In this document: in pieces, positions 29,527-39,963 of the stretch
Position numbering within the stretch: the stretch's first letter is position 1
Layout of the letters: every line of letters starts with the position of its first letter
Assembly: GCA_963774265.1 (NCBI GenBank)
Contig: CAVZDU010000002.1
Location: 384,001-448,000, forward strand
From: an uncultured Chloroflexia bacterium
GTDB lineage: Bacteria; Chloroflexota; Anaerolineae; CG2-30-64-16
Reading direction: 5' to 3'
DNA length: 64,000 bases
Position numbers and translations under genes: made by a program
The notes under the pieces: generated by a model
The model's database searches: none
What the model saw: only the letters and a program-made list of their open reading frames with translations
Told to the model about the DNA's origin: nothing

Positions 29527-30633
29527 ATGAGAAGCTCAGGTATTCGTCCCTCTCTCAACATGAGCGTGGTACGCGCGGTCGCCATCGCGATCGTAATATT
29601 CATCGCGGTCGTGGTATTGACGAGTAGTAGTCTCTTCTACATCATGCAACGCGTCGAACAACAGGAGGTCGGCGTGCGGTTCCGCGGCGGCCGGATCGTC
29701 GACGTCGTGGGACCCGGCCTCTACACGGACGTCGGCTTCTATGTCGAGCTCAAGAAAGTGCCGAGCTCCGCTGTGCCGTTCACGGTCGAGGACGATGAAA
29801 TCATCACCCAGGACAAGCAGCGGCTGGGTTTGGTAGTGGCGGGCGATATTTTCCGGCCCAATCTCTCTCAAGGCGACATCCTCAAGGCAAACTGGGCCCA
29901 GTACAGCGAACTGTACTTGCAGGAGCCCATCCTCCAGAATCGGGTGGAGGGTCTGGCGCGCCAGGCGATGAAAGTCTGCATCGGCGAGCGCACGTTCAAC
30001 GACAACGTGATCGGCACGGCCCGAGACGTATTGCGCGAGTGCATCGACACGGAGCTGAGCCGGTTGGCGGAGAACTATGGCCTGCAGATATCAAACGTGG
30101 TCGTGCCCAATATCATCCTGTCTGCCGAAGCTCAAGCGGTCCTGGACGCGATCACCCAGAGCCGGCTCAATACGGAGAAGGCCGCGCAAGACCGACTGAA
30201 GGCCGAGGCCGAAGCCTCGGCCGAGCAAGCACGCCAACAAGGTGAAGTGCGCGTGGCGCAGAGCCGGGTCCAGGAGGAAGCGCGGCAGCAGACCAGTTTG
30301 GCGCAATTAGAGAAGGAGCGAGCTCAGGCGCAAAATGCAGTGATTGAGGCACAAAAGGCCAACGAGCTGTTGACCGCTCAACGCGACTTCGAGATCAGCC
30401 AGGCACGGGCGCGGGCGGCTGCGGAACAAGCGAAGGCGGACTTAGCGCCCGAGATTGCGAAGGCTCAACTCTATGAGACGAACCCAGCCTATGTAGCGCT
30501 GCAGACTGCCTTGGCGAACGCGAACGCTTTCAAGGCGACAGATAAGTTAATCTTCACGCCCCTGGGGACAGTACCCACGATCATCGTGCCGGGGCCTGGC
30601 GTGCAGCCGACAGTGAACACCTCGCCGCAATAG
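29527..30633 (+). CDS. SPFH/band-7 domain membrane protein with coiled coil
   Basis: N-terminal TM, VEQQEVGV...GPGL, ITQDKQ, YGLQI and an A/E/Q-rich coiled coil. Confidence 0.85.
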   Translation: MRSSGIRPSLNMSVVRAVAIAIVIFIAVVVLTSSSLFYIMQRVEQQEVGVRFRGGRIVDVVGPGLYTDVGFYVELKKVPSSAVPFTVEDDEIITQDKQRLGLVVAGDIFRPNLSQGDILKANWAQYSELYLQEPILQNRVEGLARQAMKVCIGERTFNDNVIGTARDVLRECIDTELSRLAENYGLQISNVVVPNIILSAEAQAVLDAITQSRLNTEKAAQDRLKAEAEASAEQARQQGEVRVAQSRVQEEARQQTSLAQLEKERAQAQNAVIEAQKANELLTAQRDFEISQARARAAAEQAKADLAPEIAKAQLYETNPAYVALQTALANANAFKATDKLIFTPLGTVPTIIVPGPGVQPTVNTSPQ

Positions 30634-30635
30634 AA

Positions 30636-31112
30636 TCAGGCGAAGGGGTCGATGCCGAACAACGTGCTGTACAGCGCCTTGCATTCAATTGTTGCACCCA
30701 TCGCCGCTGCGAGCGACGCAACTTCGACCAGGCCATCCCGACACAAGGGGTGGCCTGCGCCGATGATGTAGGTGAACCAGCGCAACATCTTGGACTTCCA
30801 ATGACTATCTTTCGAAGCCGCGCGCGTGAAGCAGATGGCCATCAGTTCCGACTCGTCATCTGAGTCATCGGTCATCTCGTCGTAACGATCGAGGACGCGG
30901 AGATAGTCACCAGGAGAGAGGACGCGCTCAATCAGGCGTTCAGCAACGCAGCTGCGGCGTGGATCGACCAGAGCGACTGTGTCTATGAGGATCAACTCCA
31001 GGAGCTGTTCATCAAGCCGTTCCTTCGGAAACGGCATAGCCAGTCGATCCTGCAATTCGGGCACGTGTCGAGTGATTATCCGGCTGGGACTTGGCCGTTG
31101 TGATTCGGGCAT
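30636..31112 (-). CDS. Hypothetical protein (158 aa), possibly TerB-like
   Basis: AGGTG SD before ATG 31112; helical acidic protein convergent with SPFH. Confidence 0.55.
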   Translation of the reverse strand: MPESQRPSPSRIITRHVPELQDRLAMPFPKERLDEQLLELILIDTVALVDPRRSCVAERLIERVLSPGDYLRVLDRYDEMTDDSDDESELMAICFTRAASKDSHWKSKMLRWFTYIIGAGHPLCRDGLVEVASLAAAMGATIECKALYSTLFGIDPFA

Positions 31113-31245
31113 CGGTGCACCTAATTGACACAAATAGACGACGGATAGCTTTATAGCACACTCTAAAATAAAATGCAAGTCCCATTGGGCACAAACTACT
31201 GCACATGGTGTAAGCAATGTTGATACACACAATATGCGGGCATCG

Positions 31246-31839
31246 ATGACCACTTCTCAGTGTGTTGCCGCAATAGTAGTTGCCGCTGGACTCTCCCGCC
31301 GTATGGGCGCCTTCAAACTGACGTTGCCATGGGAAGGCGCGACCGTCATCGAACAAGTCGTCTCGACCCTTAGTTCCGCACCACTATGCGAAATCGTCGT
31401 CGTCACGGGTCACCGTGGCGAGGAAGTCCAAAAAGCCCTGGAAAACGCCCCCATTCGCTGCGTTCCAAACCCGCGGTACGAGACCGGTGAGATGTTAAGT
31501 TCAATCCAGGCCGGCCTGGCTGCTATTACGGAAGGCGTCGACGCCGCGCTGGTCTGTCTCGGCGATCAGCCACAAATGGAGATCGCCACCGTCCTGGCTC
31601 TGCTGAGAGAGGCAGAGCACACCGGTTGGCGCAGAGTCATCATTCCGAGTTATGATATGCGCGCTGGTCATCCTATTCTACTGCCGAGACTGCTTTGGAT
31701 GCAAATAATGAATACATCAGAAAGCTTACGGTCCGTGTTACGAGCGAACAGAGATCTGGTAGACTATCTCGCCCTTGACACGCCAAGCATCCTGGCTGAC
31801 CTGGACACACCCGACGACTATCAACAAGCCAAACCTTGA
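31246..31839 (+). CDS. mocA: Molybdenum cofactor cytidylyltransferase-like nucleotidyltransferase (MocA/YgfJ)
   Basis: IVVAAGLSRRMG..KL.LP, GEMLSSIQAG, LGDQP, GHPI and DLDTPDDY; alternative start at 31234. Confidence 0.85.
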   Translation: MTTSQCVAAIVVAAGLSRRMGAFKLTLPWEGATVIEQVVSTLSSAPLCEIVVVTGHRGEEVQKALENAPIRCVPNPRYETGEMLSSIQAGLAAITEGVDAALVCLGDQPQMEIATVLALLREAEHTGWRRVIIPSYDMRAGHPILLPRLLWMQIMNTSESLRSVLRANRDLVDYLALDTPSILADLDTPDDYQQAKP

Positions 31840-31860
31840 CTCAACGGAGATGATAAGATC

Positions 31861-33537
31861 ATGCGTCTGAGCAAACTCTTCGGCCGCACATTGCGTGAGG
31901 CGCCGACTGACGTCGAAGGCATTGGTCACCAGCTGCTGGTGCGTGCGGCGTTCGTGCGCAGCTTTGGCGCGGGACGATATGCGTATCTTCCGCTGGGACA
32001 GCGCAGTCTCGAAAATCTCGAGTCCCAGGTGCACCGTTGCCTGGCCGAGCACGCCAGCCAGAATCTGTGGCTGTCCGGGGCCATAGACGGCACCTCGCTG
32101 GCCGAGACCGCGCGCACCCTTGCCGGGAGCGATATTCAGTCCTACCGCCAGCTGCCCACACACCTGGCCGGCGCCGGGCTCCTGAAGGTCGGGGGCGGCG
32201 GAAAGCGCGGCGGGCCCCTCAGCGCGCGCGAAGCGCCGGGCGCCTTACTCTGCTCATTCACCGATAGCGACGCCAATAACGCCCAGGCTTACGCAGCAAC
32301 TCAACACGCCTTTGGGGAGCTCTTCCAGCGTTGCGGCCTGGCGGCCATCACTGCGCGTGATGCGCTCGCGCCGGCCATCGCACCCGATCGCGGATCCGCG
32401 ATCGGGCACGCGTACTTGTTCCCGACCACGGACGGCGGCGAGACCTCCCTCCTGTGCGACGCGTGCGGTTACGCTGCCCTCGCGGACATCGCGGCGTTTG
32501 CTCGCCCGGTTCCGGAGTCAGAGCCAATACGGCCGCTCGCAAAAGTCCCGACGCCCCATTGCGCCACCATTGCCGATTTGGCGCAGTATCTCAATGTGTC
32601 CGAATCCCGGACCGCCAAAGCAGTGCTCCTGATGGCGACGCTGGCAGGCGATGAGCGTTTTGTTTTTGTCGTCGTGCGCGGCGACATGGATCTCAGCGAG
32701 CGCAAGCTGTGCCTGGCGCTTCGAGCGGGATCCGTGCGGCCTGCGACTGAGGCCGAGATCCGCGCGGCCGGCGCAACACCCGGGTATGCCTCCCCCATCG
32801 GTCTTAAGAATGTCCTGATCGTGGTTGACGAACTCATCCCGGGGTCACCGAACCTGGTGGCAGGCGCCAATGATGAGGGTTTCCACCTTTCGAATACGAA
32901 CTATGGTCGTGATTACGCGGCGACGCTCGTCGCGGATATTGCGGCCGCTCGTCCCGGCGATGGATGTCCCTCGTGCAGCGCGCGGCTGCGCGCCGCACCG
33001 GTCGCCGTATTGGGCCGGTCCAGCCAGCTGGCACACGATGGCGCCAAGGGCGCACCGTCTTACCTCGACGCCACGGGCCGGATGCAGCCTGTGTGCATTT
33101 CAACCCACTACCTCGATCTCGGATGCCTGTTGGCCGCAGCCGCAGAGCAGCACCACGACGAACACGGACTCGTCCTTCCCCCGCCCGTCTCGCCGTTCGC
33201 CGTTCACCTGGTGGGCATGCCGGGTGCGGAGGCCGAGGCAGAGGCCTTGGTGGATAGCCTGGCGGCCGAAGGCATCACCTGCCTGTACGATGACCGGGGC
33301 GAGAGCGCGGGCGTCAAATTCACCGACGCGGACCTGATCGGCCTGCCCCTGCGGATCACTCTTGGCAAACGTTCACTGCAATCGGGCGGTGCGGAGTTCA
33401 AGCGGCGGGATCAGGCGGACAAAGTCATCATCCCCCTGGGTGGAGTCGTTCAAGCAGTGCGTGCAGCGTTGGCAGGGACTGAAGAGGACGTCATGGATCA
33501 GATCGAGGAATTGCCATATGGAGAACATCTACGCTGA
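31861..33537 (+). CDS. Prolyl-tRNA synthetase paralogue with degenerate catalytic core, retained INS/YbaK editing and anticodon-binding domains
   Basis: ProRS-like N-terminus MRLSKLFGRTLREAP...YLPLG and SYRQLP; INS TAKAV, VRGD, PGYASPIG and AGAN; anticodon domain DDRGESAGVKFTDADLIGLP. THEE, FRDE and GIG..R motifs are absent. Confidence 0.85.
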   Translation: MRLSKLFGRTLREAPTDVEGIGHQLLVRAAFVRSFGAGRYAYLPLGQRSLENLESQVHRCLAEHASQNLWLSGAIDGTSLAETARTLAGSDIQSYRQLPTHLAGAGLLKVGGGGKRGGPLSAREAPGALLCSFTDSDANNAQAYAATQHAFGELFQRCGLAAITARDALAPAIAPDRGSAIGHAYLFPTTDGGETSLLCDACGYAALADIAAFARPVPESEPIRPLAKVPTPHCATIADLAQYLNVSESRTAKAVLLMATLAGDERFVFVVVRGDMDLSERKLCLALRAGSVRPATEAEIRAAGATPGYASPIGLKNVLIVVDELIPGSPNLVAGANDEGFHLSNTNYGRDYAATLVADIAAARPGDGCPSCSARLRAAPVAVLGRSSQLAHDGAKGAPSYLDATGRMQPVCISTHYLDLGCLLAAAAEQHHDEHGLVLPPPVSPFAVHLVGMPGAEAEAEALVDSLAAEGITCLYDDRGESAGVKFTDADLIGLPLRITLGKRSLQSGGAEFKRRDQADKVIIPLGGVVQAVRAALAGTEEDVMDQIEELPYGEHLR

Positions 33538-34651
33538 GTTAGCGCGGCTGCTCGGAGCAGGCGATACCGTTGCCGTCGCCACGATCGTGGACGTGCGAGG
33601 GTCGGTGCCGCGCGAGGTCGGCGCAAAAATGATCATCCACCCGCTCGGCAGACACGTGGGCACGGTGGGCGGCGGTTGTGGAGAGGCCGATGTCATCCGC
33701 ACAGCGCTGGACGTACTGCAGACCGGCGAGCCGGCCACCGTCCATGTCGACCTCACTGAGGATATCTCCATGCAGGCGCTGGGCGTGTGCGGCGGCATCA
33801 TGGACGTGTTCGTGGAGCGCGTTGGGGCAGAGGTGCAGTCGGGCCTCAGGCAAGAGCCACGCATCCTGGCCGCGCTGCGCGAGTCGATGCTCAACCGGGA
33901 GCCGGTCGCGCTGGCCACCGTGGTCCATAGAACTGCTGCAGAGGCTCCCGAAGGGAGCACCGGCCGGCAGGTCGTCGTCTGGCTCGACCGCGAGCCACTG
34001 GGCTCTCTGGGGCTGGGGGACAAAGAAGCGCAGGTGATCGACGATGCGCGCGCAGTGCTCCGCGGCCGGCAGCACAAGCTGTTGAAATATGAAGATGCGA
34101 GTGTATTTGTCGAAGTGCAGCGCCGAGCGCCTGAAATGATCATCGTCGGCGGGGGGCACATCGCACTCCCGCTTGCACAAGTTGCCGCCATGTGTGATTT
34201 CTCTGTGACTGTTCTCGATGACCGGCCTGGCTTCGTCACCGCGGATCGCTTCCCGACTGCGCGGCAGCGCATTGCAGCGCCGCTCCGCGAGACCGTCGCC
34301 GGCCTCCCCATAGATCAGGACACCTACATCGTGCTCGTCACCCGCGGTCACAGCCATGATGTCGAGTGCCTGCTCGAGGTGCTTGACCGGCCGGTTGGCT
34401 ACATTGGGATGATCGGCTCGCAGAGACGGGTCGATGCGGTGTTCCAGTTGCTGACCGAGGAAATGGGCATCGACCCCCTGAAGCTGGACCGCGTTTACGC
34501 GCCCATCGGCATCGCAATCGGCGCGCGCACGCCGGCCGAGATTGCCGTCTGCATCATGGCCGAGGTGATCAACGTGCTGCGGAACGGGCCAGCGACGTCG
34601 ATCTCGGAACGCAGGCGCGAGCGCGATCGACGCCGCCGGGAGGGCAAATGA
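33518..34651 (+). CDS. xdhC: XdhC/CoxF-family molybdenum hydroxylase maturation factor
   Basis: GSVPREVGAKM, GTVGGGCGE, CGGIMDVFVE, GGGHI, TRGH, YIGMIGS and APIG....TPAEIA. Confidence 0.92.
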   Translation: MENIYAELARLLGAGDTVAVATIVDVRGSVPREVGAKMIIHPLGRHVGTVGGGCGEADVIRTALDVLQTGEPATVHVDLTEDISMQALGVCGGIMDVFVERVGAEVQSGLRQEPRILAALRESMLNREPVALATVVHRTAAEAPEGSTGRQVVVWLDREPLGSLGLGDKEAQVIDDARAVLRGRQHKLLKYEDASVFVEVQRRAPEMIIVGGGHIALPLAQVAAMCDFSVTVLDDRPGFVTADRFPTARQRIAAPLRETVAGLPIDQDTYIVLVTRGHSHDVECLLEVLDRPVGYIGMIGSQRRVDAVFQLLTEEMGIDPLKLDRVYAPIGIAIGARTPAEIAVCIMAEVINVLRNGPATSISERRRERDRRRREGK

Positions 34652-34797
34652 ACCCGTCACCGCCCCATATGCGTGACGGTGCGATCTCTTACCGGCTGCC
34701 GCCACCCACCTTGGGACAGCATACCGACGAGGTGCCGATCGAACTGGGATATGCGGCCGTTGACCTGGCGCGGTTTAGGGAAGCCGACGTGATTTGA
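34648..34797 (+). pseudogene. 49-aa remnant matching the C-terminal tail of CaiB/BaiF (family III) CoA-transferases
   Basis: Translates to MNPSPPHMRDGAISYRLPPPTLGQHTDEVPIELGYAAVDLARFREADVI; PP.LG.HT.EV..ELGY...VI is the typical CaiB terminus. Confidence 0.65.
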
Positions 34798-34817
34798 GCG
34801 CCAAGGGAAGAGGAGGA

Positions 34818-36632
34818 ATGCAGCTTCCACTGGCCGGGCATCGTCGATTGCTTGGCGCCTACCTGGTTCCTCAACGCGGCCGGCTGGCCCTGCTGGCCGC
34901 GCTCATCGTCGCGGACATCGCTTTACGGCTCATCAACCCGCAAATCATCCGCACCTTCATCGACACCGCACAGGCCGGGGGACCGCTCAGCGCACTCACG
35001 TCGGCGGGCGTCCTGTTCCTGGCGGTTGGGCTGCTCGGTCGCGGCGTCAACCTCGGCTCCGCGTATGCGGGGCTCAGCCTCGGGTGGACCGCGACCAATC
35101 GACTCCGCACGGACCTGGCAACTCATCTCCTGCGACTCGACATGCCATTCCACAAAGCCCACACGCCGGGCGAGTTGATCGAGCGCGTGGACGGCGATGT
35201 GACGACCCTCGCCGAGTTCTTCGCGGAGATGGCCGTCAAAGTCGCAGGAAACGCCGTGCTGGTGCTGGCCATCCTGGCGCTGCTCACCCGTGAAAATGCG
35301 AATGCCGGCACCATTCTCGCTGGCTACACGATACTCGTCCTGGTCGCCCTGGCCCTGGTCGGCCGCATCGGGGTGCGCGCGTGGACCGCGGCACGGCAGG
35401 CATGGGCAGACCAGATGGGCTTCCTGGAGGAGCGCTTCGCCGGAACAGAGGATATTCGCGGCATCGGTGCGGAGTCGCACAGCCTGGCACAACTCAGCCA
35501 GCTCATGCTGAATTTGCTCCATAAGGCGCGCGGCGGCTGGATGGCAAACGCGCTTGGTTTCGTCATCACCAACTTCCTCTTCATCTTGGGCTACGGCCTC
35601 GGACTGGCCATCGGCGCGCTGCTCTACCTGCGGGGCGATGTCACCATTGGCGCCGCGTTCCTAATCGTGTATTACATCGGGATGCTCGCGGCCCCACTCG
35701 AAGAAATTCGCGGGCAGGTGGAGCAGTTGCAGGAGGCGACGGCCAGCGTCAACCGTGTGCAAGAGCTGCTCACATTGGCGCCCGTCGTGCGCGACACCGG
35801 CTCGGAGACCCTTCCGCCCGGTCCACTGCCCGTCGACTTCGAGGGAGTCTGCTTCCGCTACAACGACGACGGCGGGCAGAACGATCAGGAGCCGGCAGCA
35901 GCGCGGGGCGATGGGTCACCTCGGGGCGGTGTGGTGCTGGCGAACGTGTCGTTTCAACTGGCTCCGGGGCGCGTGCTGGGCGTGCTGGGCCGGACCGGCA
36001 GCGGGAAGACAACGATGACCCGGCTGCTGTGCCGACTGTACGATCCTGAGGAAGGCGTAATCCGGTTGGCAGACCGCGATCTTCGTGACGTCTCACTCGC
36101 CGAACTGCGACGCGCGGTGGGATTGGTCACGCAGGATGTGCAGTTATTCGGCGCAACCGTGGCCGAGAATATCACCCTGTTCGACGCGGAGACGCCCGAG
36201 GCTGACATTCACGCCGCGCTGCGTGAGTTGGGATTGCTCGACTGGGTGCTCCAGATGCCTCAAGGGCTGCAGACGAAGTTGGGGTCGGGCGGGGGCAACA
36301 TGTCGGCCGGCGAAGCGCAGCTGCTGGCCTTCGCACGGATCCTCCTGAGGGATCCCGGCCTGGTGATTCTCGACGAGGCAACGTCGCGGCTGGATCCGCT
36401 GACCGAGAGGAGGCTGGAGCGGGCCATCGACCGGTTGCTGGAGGGCGACGGGACGGGGCGCACCGCCATCATCATCGCCCATCGGCTGCATACCGTGCAA
36501 CGCGCGGATGACATCCTCATCCTCGATGAAGGCCGGATCGTCGAATTTGGACCCCGTGCGGCGCTGGCCGCGGATCCCAACTCGCGCTTTTCGCAGCTTC
36601 TGCGGACAGGGCTGGAAGAGGCGCTCGCATGA
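34818..36632 (+). CDS. ABC exporter half-transporter (TMD+NBD), subunit 1
   Basis: [12 protein letters not shown], degenerate signature MSAGE, ILDEATS and IAHRL; GAGGAGG SD. Confidence 0.92.
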   Translation: MQLPLAGHRRLLGAYLVPQRGRLALLAALIVADIALRLINPQIIRTFIDTAQAGGPLSALTSAGVLFLAVGLLGRGVNLGSAYAGLSLGWTATNRLRTDLATHLLRLDMPFHKAHTPGELIERVDGDVTTLAEFFAEMAVKVAGNAVLVLAILALLTRENANAGTILAGYTILVLVALALVGRIGVRAWTAARQAWADQMGFLEERFAGTEDIRGIGAESHSLAQLSQLMLNLLHKARGGWMANALGFVITNFLFILGYGLGLAIGALLYLRGDVTIGAAFLIVYYIGMLAAPLEEIRGQVEQLQEATASVNRVQELLTLAPVVRDTGSETLPPGPLPVDFEGVCFRYNDDGGQNDQEPAAARGDGSPRGGVVLANVSFQLAPGRVLGVLGRTGSGKTTMTRLLCRLYDPEEGVIRLADRDLRDVSLAELRRAVGLVTQDVQLFGATVAENITLFDAETPEADIHAALRELGLLDWVLQMPQGLQTKLGSGGGNMSAGEAQLLAFARILLRDPGLVILDEATSRLDPLTERRLERAIDRLLEGDGTGRTAIIIAHRLHTVQRADDILILDEGRIVEFGPRAALAADPNSRFSQLLRTGLEEALA

Positions 36633-38503
36633 AGCCGGGCATCGGGGTCATGGCGTTCAACTGGGCGCTGATCCGGTACGCGTGGCGGCCGTTCACAGTG
36701 CACGCAGTGCTCCAGGTCTTCTACCTGGGCTCGCGGGTGCTGCCGGGACTGGTCGAGAAGGCGGTTTTCGATACCATCACGGGGCAGGCGATGCTGCGCG
36801 TCGACCTCTGGGCGCTCATTGCAGCCTACGCCGGCATCGGACTCGCGCGCATGGCGTCGACCTACGCGGAAGCCTTCTCAGGGTGGACGTTCCGGTATGT
36901 CGTCGGGGCATTGGTGCGCCGAAACCTGTTCGCCGCTTTACTGCGGCGCCCGGGCGCGCTGCCCCACCCCATCTCTCCCGGCGAGGCGCTCAATCGCTAC
37001 CGGACAGACGTGGCGGAGGTGTGCGATTTCCCCACGTGGCTGCCCGATGTGGCCGGGAATCTCGTGTCGTTCATTGCAGCCATCGCGATCATGGCCAGCA
37101 TCAACTGGCAGATTACCCTGGTCGCGCTCTTGCCGATCCTCATCGCGTACGGCTTCGGCCGCGCCGCCTGGGGGCGGATGCTGCTCTATCGCAAGCGGGA
37201 AGGGGAGGCAGGCGACCGCGTAACCGGGTTCCTGGCGGAAATGTTCGGAGCGGTGCAGGCGCTGAAGGTGGCGGGCGGAGATGCTGAGCGCAACGCGGTG
37301 CACCATTTCGGCAGGCTCAACGACGAGCGGCGGCGCACGGCAGTGCAGGCCAGGATGCTCGACACGTTCGTTTACTCGATTCACAGCTTCGCGGTTGTCG
37401 TCAGCACCGGCGTGATGCTGCTGATGTCCTCGCGGGGGATGATCGAAGGGTCATTCACCGTGGGCGACTTTGCGCTGTTCACGTACTTCCTCTGGTTCAC
37501 CTCAGAATTACCGTCCTACCTGGGCACATTTGTCGGCGACTATAAGCAACAGGAAGTCGCGATCGCGCGCCTGGCAAAGCTCGCGCCCGAGGAGGGTCCG
37601 GCGGCGCTCGTCGAACAAGCCCCAGCGCTGCCGGTTTCTGCAAGCCCCCACTGGATGTTGGCGCCTGCGGCCGCCACCGACGAAGCGGCAGTCCAGGCGG
37701 GGGAAACCCCATCCGCACCCCATGAAGCGAACGAAGACGTCGACGACGACCTTCGGTCGCTCGAGGTGCACGGGCTGACCTACCGATTTGATGACTCGAA
37801 TCGCGGCGTGCATGACGCAACATTCACGCTGGCCCCGGGCAGTCTCACTGTGGTGACCGGCCAGGTGGGATCGGGGAAATCCACACTGCTCCGCACCCTG
37901 CTCGGCCTGCTGCCGGCGCAGGCCGGAGAGGTGCGCTGGAACGGGGAACCGGTGGCAGAGCCGGCCAGCTTCTTCCGGCCGCCGCGGAGCGCATATACCG
38001 CGCAGGCGCCGCGGCTGTTCAGCGACACGTTGCGTGAGAATATCAGCCAGGGCATCGCGGCCGGACCCGAAGAGATGCAGGCAGCCGTGGTGCAGGCCGT
38101 GATGGAACAGGATGTCGTCCAGCTCGAAAAGGGGTTGGAGACGGTGGTTGGCCCGCGCGGGGTGCGGCTATCGGGCGGGCAGGTGCAGCGCAGCGCGGCC
38201 GCGCGCATGTTCCTCCGCCGGCCGAGCCTGCTGGTGTTCGATGACCTGTCCAGCAGCCTGGATGTGGGGACGGAGCAGCTCCTCTGGGAGCGCCTGGCCG
38301 CCAACCCCGGCCGGCCGACGGTGCTCGCGGTTTCACACCGCCGGCCAGCGCTGCAGCGCGCCGATCATATCATTGTTCTGAAGGATGGCCGGGTGGAGGC
38401 GCAAGGAAGGCTGGACGCGCTTCTCGAGTCTAGCGAAGAGATGCGGCGGCTGTTTGCCGCGCAACTCGAGCCAGGAACTCCGAATGAAGATCCTGCTACC
38501 TGA
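36629..38503 (+). CDS. ABC exporter half-transporter (TMD+NBD), subunit 2
   Basis: [13 protein letters not shown], degenerate Walker B LVFDD and VSHR; ATGA overlap. Confidence 0.92.
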   Translation: MKPGIGVMAFNWALIRYAWRPFTVHAVLQVFYLGSRVLPGLVEKAVFDTITGQAMLRVDLWALIAAYAGIGLARMASTYAEAFSGWTFRYVVGALVRRNLFAALLRRPGALPHPISPGEALNRYRTDVAEVCDFPTWLPDVAGNLVSFIAAIAIMASINWQITLVALLPILIAYGFGRAAWGRMLLYRKREGEAGDRVTGFLAEMFGAVQALKVAGGDAERNAVHHFGRLNDERRRTAVQARMLDTFVYSIHSFAVVVSTGVMLLMSSRGMIEGSFTVGDFALFTYFLWFTSELPSYLGTFVGDYKQQEVAIARLAKLAPEEGPAALVEQAPALPVSASPHWMLAPAAATDEAAVQAGETPSAPHEANEDVDDDLRSLEVHGLTYRFDDSNRGVHDATFTLAPGSLTVVTGQVGSGKSTLLRTLLGLLPAQAGEVRWNGEPVAEPASFFRPPRSAYTAQAPRLFSDTLRENISQGIAAGPEEMQAAVVQAVMEQDVVQLEKGLETVVGPRGVRLSGGQVQRSAAARMFLRRPSLLVFDDLSSSLDVGTEQLLWERLAANPGRPTVLAVSHRRPALQRADHIIVLKDGRVEAQGRLDALLESSEEMRRLFAAQLEPGTPNEDPAT

Positions 38504-38513
38504 ACGCGATGCG

Positions 38514-38532
38514 TATCATATTATGATAGAAT
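38514..38532 (+). promoter_or_regulatory. 7-1-7 palindrome overlapping an extended -10 upstream of tldD
   Basis: TATCATA-T-TATGATA perfect inverted repeat; TG-A-TAGAAT at 38524-38532. Confidence 0.5.
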
Positions 38533-38571
38533 AAGCGTGGTTCAAGTTCATAGCGTTAGGAGGCGGGCGTG

Positions 38572-39963
38572 ATGGAACTCGCATTACCAGCCGGGATGAC
38601 AGGGCTACGACCCCACCTGGGGAATATCGTGTCGGGCATGGAGCAGGCACTTCCCTATGCGGCCGCGCTGCTCTCCGAGCGTGGCGGGCTGAACATTCGC
38701 GTCGACAGCCACGAAGAACGCATTGAGGAACTTCCGCGATCCGCGGGAACAGTGTTGACCGCTTACGACGGTCAGACATTGCACGAGGCGGCCATCGGAG
38801 GCTTTGATCTCGGGGCCGTGGAGCGCGCCGCTGCGAACCTGACACGATCCCTCTCTCGCACCCCCGGCCGCGAGATTGACCCGGGGCCGGAGCGCCACGG
38901 CGACTTCGTCACGTCGATGCAGATCCCTCCGGCATCTCTCTCGACCCAGGAAAAACTGGACCGGTGCCGTGACATCCAGGCCCGGCTCCGCCAAATCGAT
39001 CCGCGCGTGGTCAATGCAATCGTCAACTTCCGCGAACTGACCGAGCTCTCCGCGTTCGCCAACCGGACCGCGGACCTGGCCCAACAGGTGCAGCGGATCG
39101 CGATGAACCTGATGGCGTTCGTGGAGGGTCCCGATGGGGTGCGCTACAACTACAGCCTGCACGGCGGAACGGGCGGCTGGGAGCTGCTCGACATCAGCGA
39201 TGAAGACCTGGCGCGGCTGGTGAGCATTGCCATCGAGCTCCTCGGAGCGCAAAGGATCGAGCCGGGGGAATACACGATCGTGGCATCGCCGTGGGTGACC
39301 GGCACGCTCGTGCACGAATCATTTGGCCACGGCGTCGAGACCGACATGTTCCTGAAGGAAAGGGCCCGGGCCAGCCAGTACGTCGGCAAGCTCATCGGCT
39401 CGCCGCTGGTGAACATCTGGGACGATCCCTCCTATCCCCGTGGGTTCGGTTCGTACTTCTTCGATGACGAAGGCATGCTGGCGGGACCCACGCAGATCGT
39501 GGAGAACGGCGTTTTCCGCCGGGGGATCACCGATCTGTACTCGGCGACCGCTCTCGGCATTCCACGCTCCGCCAACGGACGACGGCAGGACTATACGCGC
39601 AAGGCCTACGCGCGGATGAGCAACACGGCCCATGCGCGCGGCGCCACGCCCGTAAGTCAGCTATTCGACCAGGTGGAAGACGGCGTGTATCTGGAGATGT
39701 GGTCGTCGGGGATGGAGGATCCCCAGGGGTGGGGCATCCAGGTGACTTGTCACTACGGCCACGAAATCAAGCATGGCCGGGTCACGGAGAAGATCTACGC
39801 ACCTGTCGGTATCACCGGCTACGTGCCTGATGTGCTGGCAAGCGTTGCCGGCGTGGGCGACGAGTGGGGCCTGGATACGGGTGGCTGCGGCAAGGGACAC
39901 AAGGAGTTCGTGCGGGTCAGCGCCGGCGGACCGCATCTGCTGATGAAAGCGAGGCTAGGCTGA
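38572..39963 (+). CDS. tldD: TldD-family metalloprotease
   Basis: HESFGHG.E.D metal motif, FDDEG, ANGRRQ, RMSNT and C-terminal GCGK. Confidence 0.9.
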   Translation: MELALPAGMTGLRPHLGNIVSGMEQALPYAAALLSERGGLNIRVDSHEERIEELPRSAGTVLTAYDGQTLHEAAIGGFDLGAVERAAANLTRSLSRTPGREIDPGPERHGDFVTSMQIPPASLSTQEKLDRCRDIQARLRQIDPRVVNAIVNFRELTELSAFANRTADLAQQVQRIAMNLMAFVEGPDGVRYNYSLHGGTGGWELLDISDEDLARLVSIAIELLGAQRIEPGEYTIVASPWVTGTLVHESFGHGVETDMFLKERARASQYVGKLIGSPLVNIWDDPSYPRGFGSYFFDDEGMLAGPTQIVENGVFRRGITDLYSATALGIPRSANGRRQDYTRKAYARMSNTAHARGATPVSQLFDQVEDGVYLEMWSSGMEDPQGWGIQVTCHYGHEIKHGRVTEKIYAPVGITGYVPDVLASVAGVGDEWGLDTGGCGKGHKEFVRVSAGGPHLLMKARLG

